64,000 nt of DNA, taken from assembly GCA_024682255.1 (NCBI GenBank), contig GCA_024682255.1_4716.1. The stretch is one strand, 5' to 3'. Positions 57,734-64,000 of this stretch are shown piece after piece. Position 1 is the first letter of the stretch. Each line of letters starts with the position of its first letter. A program made the position numbers and the translations under genes. The stretch is from a phage. Below the pieces are notes generated by a model. That model was given only the letters and a program-made list of their open reading frames with translations. It was not told where the DNA came from and did not search any database.

Positions 57734-58681
57734 TTAGCCTTGTTCTTCTGGAGAACGACCCTGGAGGCTTGCGGTATGTCCGTCGACATTGTAATAGAAA
57801 ATCAATGGACCGCCAACGGCAGTACAGTAGTTTTCATCCAGACTGATCTCGATACCGTATTGGTAACCTGCTCTTGCTGGAATACGTCCGCCTAACTCAC
57901 CGTTGAAAGCCACTTTAGCATTATACAGGTTATACGGTGCGGCGTTGTCGTCTAATACCCAACGATCGGTAGTCATTTCAGCCAGAAGATCGGCGACCAC
58001 CACATCGCTAATAACGGTACCTGTTACCAGCGAAGCCAGCAGTTCACCGTAATCAGAAGTATCACGACTGTAACTGTAGATCTCGCCGCTAGCGCGTACG
58101 CCTTGACCGAAGAACTTAAGACCATCCAGCTCTTTGATCGCGATAATATCATCAAGATTCGGTACACGCGACTTCATCAAGATACGAACGCTCCCCGTCC
58201 AAGCCAGGCAGCTAGATGAAACACGAAGCAATTGTCCGTTAACGGTATCCCAGCTAAGTTCGTCGTTGACGATTTCTTCCGCGGTAAGGCCAAGACCGAA
58301 ACGTTCTTTGATGATAGGCCAGATATCACGCATCTTGGTAGCGTCTGGCGCATCGATAAGAATAGGCGCTACGTTACGCAGATACGCACCGATGTTAATA
58401 CGATCGTAATACAGCGTCGTCGAACCTTCATAATCGTCTAACTCGGTAAGCTTAGCGGTTGCCGTTGCCGTAATCTGGGTGTCGCGCTCATAGGCGCTTT
58501 GGTTGGTGGTTGGTGTTCCTAAAACCAATAATTCAGGGGTTAGAACATGCTCTCCGTTCTGAGGTGGGTTATCGTGGTTGATAAGACCATACACGAGATC
58601 GGATGAGGGTAAAGAGACGTCGACCGGGTAAAGTTCGGTGTCGTCAATAATTGTTACCGTATCACTCACGGTGACCTCCAC
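57734..58681 (-). CDS. paralog-family protein, function unknown
   Basis: Track ORF, 315 aa; motifs YERDTQ, LYYDRINI, LAWTGSV, ENYCTAVGG. Confidence 0.6.
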   Translation of the reverse strand: MEVTVSDTVTIIDDTELYPVDVSLPSSDLVYGLINHDNPPQNGEHVLTPELLVLGTPTTNQSAYERDTQITATATAKLTELDDYEGSTTLYYDRINIGAYLRNVAPILIDAPDATKMRDIWPIIKERFGLGLTAEEIVNDELSWDTVNGQLLRVSSSCLAWTGSVRILMKSRVPNLDDIIAIKELDGLKFFGQGVRASGEIYSYSRDTSDYGELLASLVTGTVISDVVVADLLAEMTTDRWVLDDNAAPYNLYNAKVAFNGELGGRIPARAGYQYGIEISLDENYCTAVGGPLIFYYNVDGHTASLQGRSPEEQG

Positions 58682-58728
58682 GCCAGGAATTAATTAAAAA
58701 AGACTTTACGATTTGCTGCACTATCACG

Positions 58729-61209
58729 TTAAGCGTCCTCGATAGGCAAAGGTTTAACAATCAAACGATTGAGCGGATTCGATAGACGCATACTGACAGG
58801 CTTATACGCAACATGATTCGTCTCACTTAGAGCCACCGATCTGAAACGACCGTTCAACTGTTTGTAGATTGGTTCTATCCAAAGACCTCGAAGGTCGTGT
58901 TTGCGGAAACGTTGTTCGAACGGTTTGATCGGGTTTATAGTCAGCCCATGCAACGACTCCGACAGTAAACGCTCACGAAGGTCGCGCGGTGCCCGACCTG
59001 GGAATGGTGCAAGCCACAAACCATCAAGTGGGTTTTTACGGAAACGTAACGAGATAGGATCACTGATGACTTGTACCCAATATTGCGTACTGAATCGAAC
59101 GGTTTGAGTATTCTCGTAACCGCTACAATCACACCAGGTTGGTTTCGGAGGCGCTTCCAAACTTTCAACCGCCGATTCACGCCAGTTCGTCATCGGGTTG
59201 TTATCATGCACGAATTTGATAACTTCCGTAGCCTGGTTATCCGTATCATGAACGTTTGCCTGTGCCCAGTCTTCCCACAGTTCTTCACTACCGCTTACTA
59301 AACTCGAACCGAGACGAACGGCGATTTTGTTTAGTGGTTTGATTGGATCGCTGTTGATTGTCTGGATAAAATGGATGGTGTAACTGCTCAATGTCTTAAG
59401 CAGCTGCAACATTCCGTATTGAATATCCTTAAGACTGGTGACATCTTCCAAATCTTGGCCGGTGGCCTTTGTGAAGATATCGAGAGCCAGAATTCCCGCC
59501 TCTTCTTGACTGATTGCGTCAAGCTCCCAATCCATCGCTAAGAACCATTCCTTGTAAAGCTGCCCAATACCGAAGTCGACGCCAACATCCATGTAGAAGT
59601 TTTCAACGATTGCTTCAGCCATACCTCGAGCTTGATAATGCTCTTGGAGCTGGTACATGAACTGATGACGACGCCAACCCTGGTAAATCTCGGTAACGGC
59701 GGTCAGAAACTCTTCAGTACTGACGACAGCACGCAGCGTCACTTGCTTATCCAAACACCACCAGATCAGTTTATCGGGAATGATAGCCGGATCGGTAATG
59801 CTACGGAGATGGTCGAATGTCGGTAGCGTTAACACCCTGACGTGGTTAGCATGGATCTTAGGTACTTCAATCAGCGTCATACCCATCGAATAGTTCAGCA
59901 AGTACAAGAACAGCTTGTATGCATCTTTCATCGACATCGTCATGGTATCACCCGTCACCGGGTTGGTTGTCGTTAACCGTGACTGATACATGCCTATTGC
60001 GCTAAGATGAATCCATTCGTTCAGCAGGAAATCATACTTAGGATACAATTCACTGTCTGTAAGGTCTTCGGCTTCACTTTCCAACACCTTGGTCGTTAAG
60101 GTATTGTTGTCGTGCATTGACATCTTCTCTATCGTGCGGTTAAGCTCGGTATAATACTCCGCTTCGTTATCCCGCGCTAGAGGGAACTGTTGCTGCATCA
60201 CGGTAGTGACCTTACGTCTTACCGTGCCATTACCGACGATCTCTTGAAGGTTAAGCGGTTTACGCTCCATGTAAACTGCGGGTTTTAACGTCTGGGGTAT
60301 CTCGGAAGCGTCTTGTTTGATCGAGAACGCCCCGATTGGAATTCCACGATCGGTTAATACCTTTTGAATGAGCTTATCGTAGTTTTCCGTTCTGCCCATG
60401 TTTCTTTCAACGTAAGCGATGTTACGATAGAACCAGAGCATTTGGGATTCGGTCATGTACCGCTTGAATCGATCAAGGCCTTGATGGCTTGCCAGATAAC
60501 TCCAGATATGGAAGCTATGGGCATAATGGGTATGACAGTTTTCCCAACGAATACCTTTTATCATCTCAGGTATTTGTGTGAATAGGATGGCGTATAGCGC
60601 AGGCCAATGAAGCATATCGACGCTCTCATATGCCGGATGTTCCCAGCGTCTGAAGTAATCGTCGATTTCTTGCTGTAAACGCGGAATAAGATTGGCCTCG
60701 CGTGACTCAACCTCTTGTGTATCGTACCAGAGAATCTCATGATTGCGTGCCGCAATTGCTTTCTCGATATCGATGGGGTTAAGGATACCCAAGATCAACA
60801 TACGTTGTTCCGGGTACCGCGCAATTAAACGATTGAAATAATCTCCACCATACGCGTATTCCCTTGCTGTCATGCGATGCCGTAACATGTTTTCCTTGGT
60901 GAACTCGATCTCTTCGAGCGTATCCAGGGAATTTACGGTCATCATTGTCTGACAAGGATGATACTCGCCAGCGAGATTCATGTAGTATAACCACGTGCGT
61001 GGGTCGTCCCCGACGGCCATCTGGTAGACTTCGGAAACCTTGAGGTTTAACCGTTCTGCCGTGATGTCGCTTTTAATAATCAGGGTGTCCGTTAGACGCT
61101 GCACGCTTTCCGAATAAAGCTGATAGTCAGTGTTGGACACGATCGGTCCTCCAAGGAGCCAGTGTAAATGAACGATATAAATAAAGGGCGCGTCGCCCTC
61201 GAACGTCAA
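58729..61209 (-). CDS. large hypothetical protein with C-terminal internal repeat
   Basis: Track ORF, 826 aa, TTG start as listed (true start uncertain); C-terminal repeats LRFRKNPLDGLWLAP / QRFRKHDLRGLWIEP. Confidence 0.6.
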   Translation of the reverse strand: MTFEGDAPFIYIVHLHWLLGGPIVSNTDYQLYSESVQRLTDTLIIKSDITAERLNLKVSEVYQMAVGDDPRTWLYYMNLAGEYHPCQTMMTVNSLDTLEEIEFTKENMLRHRMTAREYAYGGDYFNRLIARYPEQRMLILGILNPIDIEKAIAARNHEILWYDTQEVESREANLIPRLQQEIDDYFRRWEHPAYESVDMLHWPALYAILFTQIPEMIKGIRWENCHTHYAHSFHIWSYLASHQGLDRFKRYMTESQMLWFYRNIAYVERNMGRTENYDKLIQKVLTDRGIPIGAFSIKQDASEIPQTLKPAVYMERKPLNLQEIVGNGTVRRKVTTVMQQQFPLARDNEAEYYTELNRTIEKMSMHDNNTLTTKVLESEAEDLTDSELYPKYDFLLNEWIHLSAIGMYQSRLTTTNPVTGDTMTMSMKDAYKLFLYLLNYSMGMTLIEVPKIHANHVRVLTLPTFDHLRSITDPAIIPDKLIWWCLDKQVTLRAVVSTEEFLTAVTEIYQGWRRHQFMYQLQEHYQARGMAEAIVENFYMDVGVDFGIGQLYKEWFLAMDWELDAISQEEAGILALDIFTKATGQDLEDVTSLKDIQYGMLQLLKTLSSYTIHFIQTINSDPIKPLNKIAVRLGSSLVSGSEELWEDWAQANVHDTDNQATEVIKFVHDNNPMTNWRESAVESLEAPPKPTWCDCSGYENTQTVRFSTQYWVQVISDPISLRFRKNPLDGLWLAPFPGRAPRDLRERLLSESLHGLTINPIKPFEQRFRKHDLRGLWIEPIYKQLNGRFRSVALSETNHVAYKPVSMRLSNPLNRLIVKPLPIEDA

Positions 61210-64000
61210 ATGAGCAATAATGACGTTGCGAAGGCACTCATGAACAAATTTGTCGCTCCTGCTCCGCAGTCACGTCTTTATAACACACGTGATGCGGAAG
61301 GAGCGAGCGGTCGTTTCGGGTTAGTTGTTCCCGACCAAATGACGATGAACACGGTTACGCGTGCGACCGCGACAAACATCGAGGATAATAAAAACATCCT
61401 CGAGCTGTTCCCTGAACTTAAACGCGTGATGCAGATCTATGTTGCCGCGTTGACGAACCCTAACGATCTTAAGACGGTCGAGATGTTTATCGACAGCGAA
61501 GATTTCCCCGGCAGAGTCGCAGAAATCGTTCAGCCGATGATCGATACCATCGACACGCATTTTAAGAATATCTATAAAATAAAGACGCTTATCCCTCGTA
61601 TCATCGAAGACGTCTTCTTTATCAAGGGCAGTTATAACTTCGTTGTTCTGCCAGAAAGCACACTCGACCGCGCGATTAATGGTAACGGTCAACTGAAACT
61701 TGAAGAATACGGATTTAAAGACAACCATTTTGCAAGTTGGGGGCTTCTAGGTAACGACAGTCGCAAACGCCACGAAAATCAATTACCTGCGACGGTTTCG
61801 ATGGAAGATTATTTCTCAGGCGTTAATGAAACCATACCGTACGATCCTGTTGTTCGCATAGACAGTATCAAGTTTACCAATACCCTGCTTCGCGATAAGG
61901 ACGGTAAATTCATTGAAGCGAAGATCGATATTCCGGATATGGTTACGGTGGTCGATAACCCAGATATCCTCCGCATGCCCATTCTGCATCAGCGTCGAGC
62001 GGCGACAGCGGTACAACGTGCGTTACGTGCAAACACGTTAGGTGGTAGTGGTTTGGTAACACTGTCAGGTGACCCAACCCTAACCGCTAACCGACGTGAG
62101 CTGACGCAAGAACAGGTTAACGAGATCTGGAATAAGCTCAACATCCAGCGCCACACCAAGGTATCTCCCGTTTACGCGCTGGCAACCCCAGATACGCTCG
62201 ATCGTCAAAGCGTCGGTCATCCTGGCGTGATGCACGTACCACCTGAGGCATTAGAACCCGTACATGCGCCTGGTGATCCGGAGAACCATATCGGATATTT
62301 GGTTCAGTTGGATGAGTTTGGTTATCCGGTACGTTTGGTTGAAGATGCAGCGTATTACAAGCAGTTGGAAGGTCGGTTGTCGAAGATCACCGCAGATATC
62401 GCAGGTACGTCAAGCAACGGCATGGCGAGCGAGATGATCGGCGCGGCCAAGAACATGATCCAAGGTACGTCATGTAATCAGGTAGACATGTCGGCCTTCG
62501 TATCGTCGTACGAATCGCTGATGCAACGTTACATCGTTGAACGTATCGTTAACGGTTATCTCGGCAGTGCTGTGGAAATCGGCGCGACATCATCGTTTTA
62601 TCTGTCGATGCTTGCCCGTAGCCTCGCTCACAAGCAGACCCGTGTTTTGTTTATTCCTCGAGAGATGGTGACTTACATCGCCTATGAATACAACAAATAC
62701 GGTATCGGTCGTTCGCTGCTTGAAAGTACGAAGATGATCTCGTCGCAACGAGCCATGCTCATGGTTCAAGAACTGATGGCGAAAATCAAAAGTTCGTTGA
62801 ACTATACGACGCTAAGCGTAATGCTTGAAGACACCGACAGAAACCCGGTCGATACCGTCGAACAAGCACTGCATAGTTTCGCTCGTGTCTACCAGTCTGG
62901 TTTCCCGTTGGGTGAAACTAACCCGATGGATATCATCAATGCGTACGAACGAAGCTCGATTCGATTGAAGGTCGAGGGGAATAACCCACGCTTCCCGAAA
63001 TTGAACACAGACGTCAGTGTTGAGCAGCGTAACTATCAGTCTCCTGATAATGAGCTGATGGATCGTTACCGTCGTGACCATTTCATGGGCTTGGGCGTTT
63101 CTCCGGAGATTATCGATACTTCCTACCAATCTGAATTCGCAGCTTCTGTGATTACAGCTAACGCGATGCAAGAGAAACAGTTCACGGTTTGTCGTGAGGT
63201 GATCACGAATGGATTAACCGATCACATCAAGAAGTACACGGCATACAGTCCTGTGTTGTTGACGTCGTTACGAAACACGGTTCGTGCGAACATGTCTAAG
63301 CTCTCCCAAGCGCAATTGAAGCAACTTTTTGGTAGCGATTTCGAAAACGGTGTTATCCGTAACGTTAACGCTTATCAGGAGATTGACGATCAATCAGCAA
63401 CAATGGATCTGGATTACACTAAACCAGAAGTCCAGGAAGTTATTGCCGATGCTTATGTGTCCATGTTCTTAAACAGCCTGTGTGTGCGTTTACCGGATAG
63501 CAATGCTCGTCGCCTTGAAGATCAGGTACGTGAATATAATCAGTACAAGGAAGCGATTACTGCGCAACTTGATGATTATTTAACGCCTGATTACGTCATG
63601 GGTCTGGGTGGGGTTGATGAAACAACGCTGCAGATGATCCGCGCATGCATTATTGGTACCGCGATGCGTACGTGGGCAAAAGAGAACAACTTCAATCAGG
63701 AGCTGGCTGATCTCTTCAGTCTTGACGATAAGAAGAATGCCGTGCAAGATTGGAAACGTATGTCCATGGAACATATTGAAGTCATGGGTAAATGCATGGG
63801 TGATTTTGCATTGTATATTCAGAATCTGACGAAGAAGATTGAAGAGAAGATGGGAGCTCAAGCACAGGACGGCAGCGTTTCATCTGACGGTTCGTGGTCA
63901 TCCGATTCAAGTAGCGATACCGGTTCTTCTGATGACTTCGGTGGCGGTGACGATTTCGGAGATACCGATTTCGATACCGAAACGATGGAGGAAACCTCAA
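61210..64000 (+). CDS. large hypothetical protein, N-terminal 930 aa (continues beyond window end); acidic Ser/Asp-rich tail region
   Basis: Open plus-strand frame from ATG 61210 (MSNNDVAKALMNKF..) to window end; not in track because no stop; divergent from 58729..61209. Confidence 0.6.
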   Translation, partial: MSNNDVAKALMNKFVAPAPQSRLYNTRDAEGASGRFGLVVPDQMTMNTVTRATATNIEDNKNILELFPELKRVMQIYVAALTNPNDLKTVEMFIDSEDFPGRVAEIVQPMIDTIDTHFKNIYKIKTLIPRIIEDVFFIKGSYNFVVLPESTLDRAINGNGQLKLEEYGFKDNHFASWGLLGNDSRKRHENQLPATVSMEDYFSGVNETIPYDPVVRIDSIKFTNTLLRDKDGKFIEAKIDIPDMVTVVDNPDILRMPILHQRRAATAVQRALRANTLGGSGLVTLSGDPTLTANRRELTQEQVNEIWNKLNIQRHTKVSPVYALATPDTLDRQSVGHPGVMHVPPEALEPVHAPGDPENHIGYLVQLDEFGYPVRLVEDAAYYKQLEGRLSKITADIAGTSSNGMASEMIGAAKNMIQGTSCNQVDMSAFVSSYESLMQRYIVERIVNGYLGSAVEIGATSSFYLSMLARSLAHKQTRVLFIPREMVTYIAYEYNKYGIGRSLLESTKMISSQRAMLMVQELMAKIKSSLNYTTLSVMLEDTDRNPVDTVEQALHSFARVYQSGFPLGETNPMDIINAYERSSIRLKVEGNNPRFPKLNTDVSVEQRNYQSPDNELMDRYRRDHFMGLGVSPEIIDTSYQSEFAASVITANAMQEKQFTVCREVITNGLTDHIKKYTAYSPVLLTSLRNTVRANMSKLSQAQLKQLFGSDFENGVIRNVNAYQEIDDQSATMDLDYTKPEVQEVIADAYVSMFLNSLCVRLPDSNARRLEDQVREYNQYKEAITAQLDDYLTPDYVMGLGGVDETTLQMIRACIIGTAMRTWAKENNFNQELADLFSLDDKKNAVQDWKRMSMEHIEVMGKCMGDFALYIQNLTKKIEEKMGAQAQDGSVSSDGSWSSDSSSDTGSSDDFGGGDDFGDTDFDTETMEETS

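Overview
The window reads as a segment of a large lytic (jumbo-type) dsDNA phage genome, densely coded on both strands, with no rRNA, tRNA or CRISPR array seen. Main content: (1) an RNA polymerase beta-prime-like gene (N-terminal segment) interrupted inside its catalytic DFDGD motif by a ~2.1 kb group I intron that carries an HNH homing endonuclease; (2) a ~2,220-aa virion protein with a GH19 lysozyme-like domain; (3) a DNA metabolism/recombination block (RecA/UvsX-like ATPase, RNase H-domain protein, thymidylate kinase, RuvC-like resolvase, SbcC/Rad50-like ATPase); (4) a tail-fibre module with two long fibres built from NPHxVTKAQVGLGNV repeats, one ending in an S74-type intramolecular chaperone, plus a GH108 muramidase; (5) a five-member paralogous protein family; (6) a family of near-identical GGAGG-stem intergenic hairpins, a recurring promoter-like motif and a 0.9 kb AT-rich gene-free region. 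CDS coordinates follow the supplied ORF track (which allows GTG/TTG starts), with starts moved to Shine-Dalgarno (SD)-supported ATGs where stated. Coordinates of non-coding elements were hand-counted and may be off by 1-2 nt. All homology statements are from motif recognition by eye; no database search was run.
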